64,000 nucleotides of DNA from Chitinophagales bacterium. Its GTDB lineage: Bacteria; Bacteroidota; Bacteroidia; Chitinophagales; BACL12. The notes beneath the pieces are model-generated. The model did no database searches, was not told the origin of the DNA, and saw nothing but the letters and a program-made list of their open reading frames with translations. The stretch lies in assembly GCA_041751015.1 (NCBI GenBank), contig JBGSYF010000022.1, positions 48,156 through 112,155 of the forward strand, read 5' to 3'. Position numbers and translations under genes: made by a program. This document shows positions 54,953-64,000 of this stretch, in pieces. The first letter of the stretch is position 1. The number at the start of each line of letters is the position of its first letter.

Positions 54953-56290
54953 TTATGATAGGTACTCAAGGATGGCTGCTGCTCCGTCTTTGCCCGCCTG
55001 AACGGCATCCACCACCTCCTTGCCTCCATTCACGCAATCCCCACCGGCAAAGATGCCGGGCAGGGAACTGGAGGCCTTCTCGTCAACGGCTATCTTTCCC
55101 GCTTGTTGATGGAGTTGCAGGCTCGTGAGCAGCTCTTCAAAAGGCACCTGACCGGCGGCCTTGATCACCATGTCCACGTCCAGGCTGATGCTCTTGCCGG
55201 TTTTCTGTGGGCTGCGGCGGCCGCTGGCATCTTCCAGGCCCAGTTCCATGACATCGCAAATCAGTTGAATGGCCCTGCCGCCCTTCCCCACAATCTCACG
55301 GGGGGAGGCCAGCCAGATGATCTGACAGCCATCCAGTTTGGCGATGTTCAGTTCGTGCTCCGTGCAGGGCATCTCCTGTTGGGTGCGGCGATAGACCAGC
55401 GTTACTTCGGAAGCGCCCAGGCGTTTGGCCTGGGTAGCGGCATCTATGGCCGTCATGCCCATGCCAATGACGGCTACCTTGTCGCCGACGCTCACGTTTT
55501 CAAAGCCCTGAGAGCGCAGATCATAGATGAAGTTGATGGCGTCCACCACCCCCTCCAGATCTTCACCGGGTATGTTCAGTCTTCTGGCCAGGCCCAGGCC
55601 GAAGGCCAGGTAAACGGCATCGTAGTCGCGCTGCAGATCGCTGAGTTGCAGGGTTTTTCCCAGTTCCTTGTTGTAGTGAATCTCTATGCCGCCTATGCTG
55701 ATGATGTAGTTGACTTCCTCTTCGCAGAATTCGGGAGTGACCTTGTAGGCCGCAATCCCATAGGTCATCAGACCGCCGCCCTTGGGTTCTTTCTCAAAGA
55801 TGTCCACATCAATGCCTTCCCGGCTCAGGCTGTGCGCACAACTCAAACCGGCCGGTCCCGCGCCCACGACCGCAACTTTCTTTCCAATAGAGGGCTTGCG
55901 CTCAAAGAGCTGCCAGTTTTGTTCCATCGCTTTTTCGGTGGAATAGCGCTGCAACCTGGCAATGTCAATAGGCGCTTCGTGCATCAGGTTGAACACGCAG
56001 GCCCCTTCGCACAATTTCTCCACCGGACACACGCGGCTGCATCCCGCACCCATGATGTTGGCCGAGAGTATAGTATGCGCAGAACCTTTTATATTTTCTG
56101 TTGCAATTTGTTTGATGAACTTGGGCACATTGATCGAAGTGGGGCAGGACTTGGTGCAGGGCGCATCGTAGCAGAACAGACAGCGGTTGGCTTCAACAAG
56201 CGCGGCATCTGCGGTTTCGAAGGGCGGGTGAATGTCGGCAAAGTTTTGCGCGTACTCCTCCGGCTTCAGACGATTGGATTGTAGGGTCAT
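54953..56290 (-). CDS. preT: NAD-dependent dihydropyrimidine dehydrogenase subunit PreT (GltD-like)
   Basis: CLFCYDAPCTKSCPTSINVPKFI...CSRVCPVEKLCEGAC. Dinucleotide folds VAVVGAGPAGLSCA and VAVIGMGMTAIDAA. Confidence 0.88.
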   Translation of the reverse strand: MTLQSNRLKPEEYAQNFADIHPPFETADAALVEANRCLFCYDAPCTKSCPTSINVPKFIKQIATENIKGSAHTILSANIMGAGCSRVCPVEKLCEGACVFNLMHEAPIDIARLQRYSTEKAMEQNWQLFERKPSIGKKVAVVGAGPAGLSCAHSLSREGIDVDIFEKEPKGGGLMTYGIAAYKVTPEFCEEEVNYIISIGGIEIHYNKELGKTLQLSDLQRDYDAVYLAFGLGLARRLNIPGEDLEGVVDAINFIYDLRSQGFENVSVGDKVAVIGMGMTAIDAATQAKRLGASEVTLVYRRTQQEMPCTEHELNIAKLDGCQIIWLASPREIVGKGGRAIQLICDVMELGLEDASGRRSPQKTGKSISLDVDMVIKAAGQVPFEELLTSLQLHQQAGKIAVDEKASSSLPGIFAGGDCVNGGKEVVDAVQAGKDGAAAILEYLS

Positions 56291-56298
56291 AGCTTGTA

Positions 56299-57165
56299 TT
56301 ATAACATTACAATTTCATCGTAAATCTCCGGTCTGCGATCGCGGTAGAATTGCCATTTGCTGCGCACTTCGGTGATCAGATCCAGATCAAATTCACTGAC
56401 GAGCAACTCGTCTTTGTCCTCAGAGGCGCAGGCGATGATCTGTCCGAGAGGATTGACAAAGTAAGAAGTCCCGTAGAAGTGTCCAAGATTCCAGGGCTTC
56501 TCTATGCCCACGCGGTTGCTGCAGCCCATGAAGTAGGCGTTGGCAACGGCATGTGCGGGCTGCTCTATCTTCCACAGATACTGGGATTGTCCAACGGTGG
56601 TGGCTGATGGGTTGTAAACGATCTCCGCTCCGTTGAGCCCAAGACAGCGGGCTCCTTCCGGAAAATGCCGGTCATAGCAAATGTACACGCCCACCTTGGC
56701 ATACTGGGTTTCGAACACCGGGTAGCCCAGATTGCCGGGCTTGAAGAAGAATTTCTCCCAGAAGCCTCCTGTTTGGGGTATGTGCGTCTTGCGGTACTTG
56801 CCCAGATAGCTTCCGTCTGCATCAATCACGGCAGCGGTATTGTAATAGACCCCCGCTTGTTCCATCTCATAGACGGGTACGATCATGACCATCTTGTACT
56901 TCTTTGCGTAGGCCTGCATGCGCTCGGTGGTCGGTCCTGGCACGGGCTCTGCTGATGCGTACCAGGCACTGTCCTGACCGGGACAGAAATAGGGGGTATT
57001 GAAGATTTCCTGCAGGCAGAGAATCTGGACTCCTTGTTTCCCGGCATCGTCTATATAGGGTAGGTGTTTCTGCAACATGGCCTCCTTGATCTCATCGATG
57101 CTGCCTTCGCCTTCGGTCTTGGCCAGGCTCATTTGGATGAGAGCGGATTTTATGATTCTGGACAT
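56299..57165 (-). CDS. beta-ureidopropionase (nitrilase-superfamily N-carbamoyl-beta-alanine amidohydrolase)
   Basis: CN-hydrolase triad contexts LCLQEIF (Glu), YRKTHIP (Lys) and VYICYDRHFPE (Cys). Substrate is assigned from operon context. Confidence 0.75.
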   Translation of the reverse strand: MSRIIKSALIQMSLAKTEGEGSIDEIKEAMLQKHLPYIDDAGKQGVQILCLQEIFNTPYFCPGQDSAWYASAEPVPGPTTERMQAYAKKYKMVMIVPVYEMEQAGVYYNTAAVIDADGSYLGKYRKTHIPQTGGFWEKFFFKPGNLGYPVFETQYAKVGVYICYDRHFPEGARCLGLNGAEIVYNPSATTVGQSQYLWKIEQPAHAVANAYFMGCSNRVGIEKPWNLGHFYGTSYFVNPLGQIIACASEDKDELLVSEFDLDLITEVRSKWQFYRDRRPEIYDEIVML

Positions 57166-57193
57166 TGGATTTGGTGATTTATATTTTAATTAA

Positions 57194-58576
57194 TTATAAT
57201 TTATTATCAATTTTGTTGCGCCGCACGAAGCGACCGTAGCCCTTGCCGACCTTGCAGTCATTGTTCTCTATGGCCACCTGACCGCGCAGCAGGACGGTCT
57301 TTACCTTGCCCTGAACTTCCCAGCTCTCATAGCCGCTGTAGTCGACATTCATGTGGTGAGTCCTGGCGGAGATGCGGTGTCTTTCATGCGGATCCATCAG
57401 GATCAGATCGGCGTCACTGCCCACGGCAAGGGTGCCTTTCTTTGGAAACATACCAAAGATTTTGGCGGCATTGGTGCTGCTCACTTCCACAAACTTGTTC
57501 AGACTGATGCGGCCCTTGTTCACTCCTTCGCTGAACAACAATTCCATGCGGTGCTCTATGGCCGGATGCCCGTTGGGAATCTTGGAAAAGTCATCCTTGC
57601 CCAAGAGCTTTTGCTCCCACTTGAAGGGGCAGTGATCTGTGGCCAGCACCTGAACCAGCCCCTGATTGATGCCCGCCCAGAGCGCGGCCTGATCCTTCTT
57701 TTGTCTAAGGGGCGGGCTCATCACCCATTTGGCCCCTTCAAAGTTTTGCTCGTAGAGCGAAGCATCCAACAGCAGGTACTGGATGCAGGTTTCGACAAAG
57801 ATGTTCTGGTTGCGGCGCGTGGCGTTGCGCGCTGCATTCAGCGCTCCTTCACAAGTCAGGTGCACGATGTATCCGGGGCAGCCGGTGTAGTGCGCCAGAT
57901 CGATGAATCGCGCACTGGCCTCTGCCTCCGTGACTTCGGGTTGGCTGAGATAGTGGTATAAGGGCGCCAGTTTGCCCTCTGCGCGGTGTTTGGCTGTCAG
58001 GTAGTCAATCATATCGCCGTTGGTGGCGTGCACATTGACCATTCCACCGTGTTTTTTAACCTCCTCCATCAGCCCGACCATCTGATTGTCATCGATCATC
58101 AAGGCGCCTTTATAGGCCATGAAGGTCTTAAAGGAGCTGATGCCCTCTTCCTCGATGAAATGCCTGATTTCCTTTTTGGTCTCCTCGTTGAAGTCCGTCA
58201 CCGCCATGTGAAAGCTGTAGTCGCCCACAGCGTTGTTGTCGCTGCGGCTCTTCCAGTCTTTCAAGGCATCCTGAAGACTCTTGCCCTGAGTTTGCAGAAC
58301 AAAATCGATCACAGTAGTGGTTCCACCAAACAGGGCTGCACGGGTGCCCGTTTCGTAGCTGTCGCTGCTGTAGGTGCCCATGAAGGGCATGTCCAGATGC
58401 ACATGGGGATCAATACCGCCCGGCATGACCAGCATACCGGCCGCATCAATAGTGCGATCCGCCTTCATTTGCAGATGCTGACCAATGGTATGAATTGATT
58501 CCCCTTCAATAAAAATATCTGCAATATAATCATCCGCTGAGGTGATGACTCTGCCGTCTTTGATCAGGATGCTCAT
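57194..58576 (-). CDS. dihydropyrimidinase
   Basis: MPGGIDPHVHLDMPFMGTYSSDSYETGTRAALFGGTTT... and ATDHCPF; a D-hydantoinase/dihydropyrimidinase pattern. Confidence 0.88.
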   Translation of the reverse strand: MSILIKDGRVITSADDYIADIFIEGESIHTIGQHLQMKADRTIDAAGMLVMPGGIDPHVHLDMPFMGTYSSDSYETGTRAALFGGTTTVIDFVLQTQGKSLQDALKDWKSRSDNNAVGDYSFHMAVTDFNEETKKEIRHFIEEEGISSFKTFMAYKGALMIDDNQMVGLMEEVKKHGGMVNVHATNGDMIDYLTAKHRAEGKLAPLYHYLSQPEVTEAEASARFIDLAHYTGCPGYIVHLTCEGALNAARNATRRNQNIFVETCIQYLLLDASLYEQNFEGAKWVMSPPLRQKKDQAALWAGINQGLVQVLATDHCPFKWEQKLLGKDDFSKIPNGHPAIEHRMELLFSEGVNKGRISLNKFVEVSSTNAAKIFGMFPKKGTLAVGSDADLILMDPHERHRISARTHHMNVDYSGYESWEVQGKVKTVLLRGQVAIENNDCKVGKGYGRFVRRNKIDNKL

Positions 58577-58579
58577 GGC

Positions 58580-60037
58580 CTACTCGCTTTTGTTTTTCAT
58601 CAGGAATGCATATGCCAGACCGCTGATGGCGAAACCGACAAACCATGCGTAGTGGTACAGATCGGTTATCCACTCTGGAAATAATTCGGGACTCACCCAT
58701 TTGACCGTCAGCAGAAAGCCCGGTACATTGGGCAAAATGCCCATCAACAGGGCGGCAATGGCCAGCGTGTTAAAGCCCTTTGTAAAGCTATAAAGACCCC
58801 GGGCCTGGTACAAATCGTTGAGGATCAACTCCCGCTTGCGCACAAAATAGTAATCGGCGATGAGAATGCCGCCGATCGGTCCCAGCAAACTGGAGTAGCC
58901 CACCAGCCAGGTGAAGATGTAACCGCTGGGATCGGCGATGAGCTTCCAGGGAAAGATGAGAATGCCGATGATGCCGGTGATGTAACCGCCTATTCTGAAA
59001 TTGATCTTGGAGGGCCAGACGTGGGCAAAGTCATTGGCCGGACTGACAATGTTGGCGGCGATGTTGGTGGCCAGGGTGGAGATGGCCACCGCCAGCATGG
59101 CTGCGCTGACCAGCAATTTGTTTTCAAACTTTCCCGCCAGAATCACCGGGTCCCAGATGGTGGTACCAAAGACGATGGTTGTGGCCGAAGTGACGACCAC
59201 GCCCACAAAGGCAAAGAGGGTCATGGAAGGGGGGAGGCCGAGAATCTGCCCCCTGATCTGGGCCTTTTGAGAGACGGCATAGCGGGTAAAGTCGGGGATG
59301 TTCAACGACAGCGTAGCCCAATACCCGACCATTCCGGTCAGTGCCGGAAAAAAGAAGGCGAAGAATTCCGCGTTGTTGCCAAAGCGCGAAGGGGTAGCCA
59401 GGATTGGCCCCAGACCTTTAGCCGCCACTATCGCCCAGGCCAGGAGCGCAAGAGCGGCAAGCGGCAGAAAGATCGCCTTGAAGACGAGCAGTTTCCGGAT
59501 GCTGTCCACGCCCAGATAGACCACCAGCATATTCAGCAGCCAAAAGAGCAGAAAGCAGATGGCAGGGCCGGTTTGCAGAGACCAGGACTCGGGAAAGATC
59601 TGCGGCAGGGTCTCCAGGGCCGGTATCCACAATCGCATCATCTGATAGATCGAAAAGCCGCCGATCCAGGTCTGGATTCCGAACCAGCCACAAGCTACAA
59701 TGGCCCGGAGCAGGGCCGGTATGTTCGCGCCTCGGGTGCCGAAGCTGGCCCGGGCAAAGACGGGAAAGGGTATGCCATACTTCGCCCCGGCATGACCGTT
59801 CAGGATCATGGGAATGAGTACAATGGAGTTTCCCAGAAAGATGGTGAGAATGGCCTGCCACCAGTTCATACCCCCTTCGATCAGCGAACTGGACAACATA
59901 TAGGTGGGGATGCACAGGCTCATCCCAATCCAAAGTGCTGTGTAGTTCCAGGTTGTCCAACTGCGGCTGGCCGCCGGAACCGGCGCCAGATCCTGATTGT
60001 ACAGTGCCGGGTCGCTGCTGATCAGATCTTCACTCAT
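58580..60037 (-). CDS. NCS1-family nucleobase:cation symporter
   Basis: 485 aa, 12 TM. N-terminal NQDLAPVPAASRSWTTWNYTALWIGMS is typical of NCS1 (cytosine/uracil/allantoin) permeases. Confidence 0.85.
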   Translation of the reverse strand: MSEDLISSDPALYNQDLAPVPAASRSWTTWNYTALWIGMSLCIPTYMLSSSLIEGGMNWWQAILTIFLGNSIVLIPMILNGHAGAKYGIPFPVFARASFGTRGANIPALLRAIVACGWFGIQTWIGGFSIYQMMRLWIPALETLPQIFPESWSLQTGPAICFLLFWLLNMLVVYLGVDSIRKLLVFKAIFLPLAALALLAWAIVAAKGLGPILATPSRFGNNAEFFAFFFPALTGMVGYWATLSLNIPDFTRYAVSQKAQIRGQILGLPPSMTLFAFVGVVVTSATTIVFGTTIWDPVILAGKFENKLLVSAAMLAVAISTLATNIAANIVSPANDFAHVWPSKINFRIGGYITGIIGILIFPWKLIADPSGYIFTWLVGYSSLLGPIGGILIADYYFVRKRELILNDLYQARGLYSFTKGFNTLAIAALLMGILPNVPGFLLTVKWVSPELFPEWITDLYHYAWFVGFAISGLAYAFLMKNKSE

Positions 60038-60057
60038 GCACTAGACTGAACACTCGT

Positions 60058-61416
60058 TTAGGCAGTTACCGCAGCATCCGCTATGCGAAGGGCTTCACTG
60101 ATGATGGCCAGGCCTTCGTCCACCTGTTCTTTGGTGATGCAGAGGGGAGGGGCGATGAAGACATAGGACCATCGGACAAAGGTGTACAAGCCCAACTCCC
60201 TGAGCTTGGCGGCGACCTGATTCATAACGGCCATCTCAGCGGGCTTGGCGTTGAAGGGGGCCATAGGCTCTTTGCTCTTGCGGTTCCTGACCAGCTCAAG
60301 ACAGCCGAGCAATCCGGTGTTTCTCCAGTCGCCTATGCTGGGATGGGTCTTCCTGAGCTCTTCAATCCGGCTGTTGAGGTACAAACCCATGGCGGCTGCA
60401 TTTTCAATCAGGCCTTCGTCTTCGTAGATCTTTATAGTCTCCAGCGCCGCCGCGCAGGCCACGGGATGGGCGGAATAGGTCAGTCCTATGGGCATAACCG
60501 CATCGTCAAATTTGGCCGCGATGCGATCCGAAACCATCAGACACCCAAAGGGGAGGTAGCCACAGGTGAGGCCCTTCGCCATACAAATCATATCGGGTAC
60601 GATATCGTGGTGCTCAAAGCCAAACCACTTACCCGTGCGGCCAAAGCCGCTCATCACCTCGTCTATGATCAACAGTATGCCGTGCTGATCGCAGAGCTTT
60701 CTGACCTCTTTCAGATAGCCCTCCGGGTACTTCAGGCAACCCGACGAACCACTTTCGCCTTCCAGCATAACTGCTGCTATGTTGCCCGGTCCTTCGTAGG
60801 CTATGATGCGCTCAAGGCTCGCGACGGCTTCTTTTAGATGGCTCTCTGCTCCAAACTCCCATCGGTAGGCTATGGGCAGATCAAAGTGAACAAAGTTGGG
60901 GGCTTGCTGGCTGTCCACCGGCAGTTTCCTGGGATCTCCGCTGGCGCTCATGGCCCCGTTGCTTGAACCGTGATAGCTCTGATAGCGACTCAGAATCTTG
61001 TGCCGACCGGTGCAGAGCCGGGCCAGTTTTATCGCGTTTTCCACGGAAGTTGCACCGCAGAGGGTGAAGAAGGCTTTGTTGAGATCGCCGGGGCAGATCT
61101 GAGCCAGTTTCTTGCCCAATTCGCCCCTCACAGCGGTCACGCAATTGGGTGTTACATAGGCCACCTGCTGCATCTGCCGCACAACGGCATCGGTGATGCG
61201 CTGATTTCCGTGCCCGATGTTGACGTTCATCAGACCGCTGGAGAAGTCCAGGATGCGGCCCCCATCATAGTCGTAGAGATAGACCCCTTCGCCCCGTTCA
61301 ATGGCCAGTGGAGCAATGCCTTTCTGTTTGCTCCACGAAAACAGGGTATAGTCCAGGTTGTCCTGGACAATCTGCTGGGTCTGGGAAGTTGTACTCGTTT
61401 TCATAGAGGAATTCAT
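60058..61416 (-). CDS. class III (omega) aminotransferase, probable beta-alanine aminotransferase
   Basis: LIIDEVMSGFGRTGKWFGFEHHDIVPDMICMAKGLT (PLP lysine context). Substrate is inferred from context. Confidence 0.75.
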   Translation of the reverse strand: MNSSMKTSTTSQTQQIVQDNLDYTLFSWSKQKGIAPLAIERGEGVYLYDYDGGRILDFSSGLMNVNIGHGNQRITDAVVRQMQQVAYVTPNCVTAVRGELGKKLAQICPGDLNKAFFTLCGATSVENAIKLARLCTGRHKILSRYQSYHGSSNGAMSASGDPRKLPVDSQQAPNFVHFDLPIAYRWEFGAESHLKEAVASLERIIAYEGPGNIAAVMLEGESGSSGCLKYPEGYLKEVRKLCDQHGILLIIDEVMSGFGRTGKWFGFEHHDIVPDMICMAKGLTCGYLPFGCLMVSDRIAAKFDDAVMPIGLTYSAHPVACAAALETIKIYEDEGLIENAAAMGLYLNSRIEELRKTHPSIGDWRNTGLLGCLELVRNRKSKEPMAPFNAKPAEMAVMNQVAAKLRELGLYTFVRWSYVFIAPPLCITKEQVDEGLAIISEALRIADAAVTA

Positions 61417-61425
61417 GCGTTGTGA

Positions 61426-62883
61426 TTAACTCATCCAGTTGACCCCCGCTTCGGGGTTCCACTTGATGGTGCTCTTTTTGATTTGAGTCCAAAACTCGAT
61501 GGAGCTTTTGCCGGTGATGTCGCCGACGCCAAATTTGCTCTCGTTCCAGCCGCCGAAGCTGAAGGGTTCTCGCGGAACGGGTACGCCCACGTTGACCCCG
61601 ATCATGCCTGCGCTGGAGCGTTCGATGATGTAGCGGGCCATGCCCCCATTTTGGGTGAATACACTGGCCGCATTTCCATAGGGGTTGGCGTTTTCTATGC
61701 TCAGGGCTTCATCAACGGTCTTGGTGCGCATGATGGAGATCACGGGGCCGAAGATCTCCTCCCGGGCTACGCTCATGTCCGGAGTGACAAAATCAATCAC
61801 GGTGGGCCCGACATAGGTGCCCCCTTCCTTGCCCTTGACCTGCGCATTTCTTCCGTCCACCAGAATTTTAGCCCCATCTTTTTCGGCCTGAGTGATGTAT
61901 TGCTCAATGCGCTCCTTGGACTGCTGGTTGATCACCGCCCCCAGATTGACTCCGGGCACAATCTTTCGGGCCTCCGCACAGATTTTCTCGATGATGGCAT
62001 CTACATTGCCCACACCGATCATGGCAGAGGCGGCCATACAGCGCTGACCGGCACAACCGGACATCGAAGCGGCCACGTTTTGCGCCGTCATATCCGGAAT
62101 GGCGTCCGGCAGTACCATCAGGTGATTTTTAGCGCCTCCCAGTGCAAGACAACGTTTGTAATGTTGTGTTGCTCTTTGATAGACAATCTTAGCCACCTTG
62201 GTGGAACCGACAAAGGAGATCGCCTGAATGTCCGGGTGATCGCAGATGGCCTCTACCACGTCTACATCGCCATGGACGATATTGAGTACCCCGTCCGGAA
62301 GGCCGGCTTCTTTGAGCAATTCCGCGAGTCTTCCGCTGCTTAAAGGCACTTTTTCCGAAGGCTTGAGGATCATGCAGTTGCCCAGCGCAATGGCATTGGG
62401 TATGGTCCAGTTGGGCACCATGGAGGGGAAGTTGAAGGGCACAATAGAGGCCACAACCCCAAGGGGAACATGCTCTGTCCTGCATTCCACTCCGCGGCTT
62501 ACTTCCAGTACTTCTCCGGTCACCAATTGCGGCAGTGAAGTGGCGAATTCGGTCAGCTCTATGCTTTTTTCAATTTCCGCGACCGACTCTGCATAGGTCT
62601 TGCCGTTTTCTTCGGTGCACAGTTCCGCCAACTCCTTCAGGTGTTTTTCTAACAAATACTTATATTTAAAAAAGACCTGAACACGTTCCTTGATGGGTTT
62701 CCTGCTCCATGCTGGAAAGGCGGCTTTTGCGGCTTTCACCGCGGCATCTAAATCTGCCGATGTGGACATAGACACTTCAGACAGCACATTCCCGTCCAAT
62801 GGAGAGATGACCTGCAGCGTTTTTGTACCGGAAGAGTCATACCATTGCCCGTTGATAAAGTTTTTTACGGAGGAATATTTCAT
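61426..62883 (-). CDS. mmsA: CoA-acylating (methyl)malonate-semialdehyde dehydrogenase
   Basis: FINGQWYDSSG...FPAWSRKPIKERVQVFFKYKYLLEKH...EENGKT...; catalytic Cys in MSGCAGQRCMA; no Glu-type general base context, as in MmsA. Confidence 0.85.
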   Translation of the reverse strand: MKYSSVKNFINGQWYDSSGTKTLQVISPLDGNVLSEVSMSTSADLDAAVKAAKAAFPAWSRKPIKERVQVFFKYKYLLEKHLKELAELCTEENGKTYAESVAEIEKSIELTEFATSLPQLVTGEVLEVSRGVECRTEHVPLGVVASIVPFNFPSMVPNWTIPNAIALGNCMILKPSEKVPLSSGRLAELLKEAGLPDGVLNIVHGDVDVVEAICDHPDIQAISFVGSTKVAKIVYQRATQHYKRCLALGGAKNHLMVLPDAIPDMTAQNVAASMSGCAGQRCMAASAMIGVGNVDAIIEKICAEARKIVPGVNLGAVINQQSKERIEQYITQAEKDGAKILVDGRNAQVKGKEGGTYVGPTVIDFVTPDMSVAREEIFGPVISIMRTKTVDEALSIENANPYGNAASVFTQNGGMARYIIERSSAGMIGVNVGVPVPREPFSFGGWNESKFGVGDITGKSSIEFWTQIKKSTIKWNPEAGVNWMS

Positions 62884-63308
62884 ATACGAATAATATTGCT
62901 AGTTATGGTCCTGGCCAATGCATTTCTATCCGGATTTGGATAAAAGAGCCAAAGTTTGTGCTGTTAAGATACTGACATTTAGACGCTGGCAAAACGACCC
63001 TGAATTATCGCTTTAGATTGTTGATAACCAGTCATTTAAAGACAGGTAGACCATGACTTTCATCCGGCGAAATTCCCCTTGTGCATCAGGGGCTTCGCTT
63101 CAGATCTCTCATTTTCACTTCTGCGGTGGCTTACAGGGATCGAAACCATCCAATTCTTTCGCGCTCTGCTGACAAAATGTGAGAATTATGTAATTATAGT
63201 TTGATGGCATATAACGCGACAGTACAGAGTAAGCAGCACCTTTGTTGTGTATTGCACGGAGTCGTTGTTGATCAAAATAATCAAGATTCTCTAAGCAATC
63301 GCAATACC

Positions 63309-63617
63309 ATGTCCAAAAAAAGCATCGAGCAACGCAACAAGGATCGCAAACAGTCTGATCGAAAAAAGTCGAGTGAAAAGACCTATCCCAGTAGCTTATT
63401 GCCTCCCGCTGAATCGCCAAACAAGATTCAGGGTTATGAAAAGACTGAAGAGGAAATGGCGGAAGATCACAAACAGAGAATCATAGAAACGCTTATCAAG
63501 GAAAGGATGCGGGGCGTCAAGAAAACCAAAGCCCGATACGCCAACAGAGATATTGCCTGGGACGCTAGATCAACCGGTTTTCTGGAACCATTATACAAAT
63601 TTCCCTTTATGAGATGA
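63309..63617 (+). CDS. hypothetical small basic protein
   Basis: Starting at ATG 63309 gives MSKKSIEQRNKDRKQSDRKKSSEK.... It competes with the minus-strand ORF 63115-63420. Neither has a recognisable motif. Confidence 0.3.
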   Translation: MSKKSIEQRNKDRKQSDRKKSSEKTYPSSLLPPAESPNKIQGYEKTEEEMAEDHKQRIIETLIKERMRGVKKTKARYANRDIAWDARSTGFLEPLYKFPFMR

Positions 63618-63795
63618 TTCCTCCATAAAGAGTTCAAGATCTCCCTTTTGACCCTCAGAGTGAAGAAGATCAGAAAAGCAGCGCTTGGTAGGGCATTACT
63701 GCGGTGGAGAAAGCGTAGGGAACATACTATGGCTCACTTCATTTACTACCTGCCTGTTTTTCAAGTTTCACGTCATCTTCATTTTGAAAACCATG

Positions 63796-63821
63796 GGCCA
63801 GTCCAATCAAAAGGACTGGCC
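63796..63821 (+). terminator. terminator-like hairpin
   Basis: GGCCAGTCC-AATCAAAA-GGACTGGCC (perfect 9-bp stem) followed by TCTGGTCTTTT. Confidence 0.35.
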
Positions 63822-63878
63822 TCTGGTCTTTTAAGAGAATCAATAGTGTTCACACAAAAAAAAACCTTACAGCACATT

Positions 63879-64000
63879 ATGAAAGACTTCAAGTATTACA
63901 TCGCAACAGCACTGACTGTGCTGGTCATCTCATCCTGTTCCAGATCCATTAGCTTCCCGGTATCCAGTGTTGCCCCTGCTGCCGAGATTGTAGCTAAGAA
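63879..64000 (+). CDS. lipoprotein, partial (continues beyond the right window edge)
   Basis: My translation gives MKDFKYYIATALTVLVISSCSRSISFPVSSVAPAAEIVAK..., a lipobox VISSC. It is open at the window edge. Confidence 0.5.
   Translation, partial: MKDFKYYIATALTVLVISSCSRSISFPVSSVAPAAEIVAK

Overview
This 64-kb chromosomal window comes from a fairly GC-rich member of the Bacteroidota. Hand counts of sampled 60-nt lines give about 55-62% G+C in core genes. The phylum call rests on T9SS genes (porV, a porU-like C25 peptidase), type A and type B T9SS C-terminal sorting domains, two FISUMP/TIGR02145 paralogs, a b558-type sdhCAB, and TAnnTTTG -7 promoter boxes. Core content: MFS transporter (partial), DUF389 protein, rhodanese, a BatA-like protein, a dihydroorotase-like protein with GT2 neighbours, a 1351-aa adhesin, sdhCAB, ribE, porV/porU, tyrS and an SLC13 permease. 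It also holds a tight 7-gene operon on the minus strand (53653-62883) encoding reductive pyrimidine catabolism plus beta-alanine disposal. Accessory content is the most interesting part. (1) An AT-richer stretch from about 8.2 to 22.6 kb ends at tRNA-Pro(GGG). It carries a Fic protein preceded by three evenly spaced dyad repeats and an AbiEi antitoxin with a 5'-truncated AbiEii toxin. It also carries a complete M-S-R type I R-M system whose hsdS has a 3 x 12-bp ELTA repeat, a decayed group II intron RT fragment, and a 27-nt copy of the tRNA 3' end bracketing a hairpin-dense 309-bp segment. (2) A strongly AT-rich two-gene islet (hypothetical protein + DUF4172-Fic) sits between ribE and porU. 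I saw no rRNA, CRISPR array, integrase or transposase. All calls come from reading the sequence and ORF translations. No database searches were run, so family names are recollections of motif patterns.
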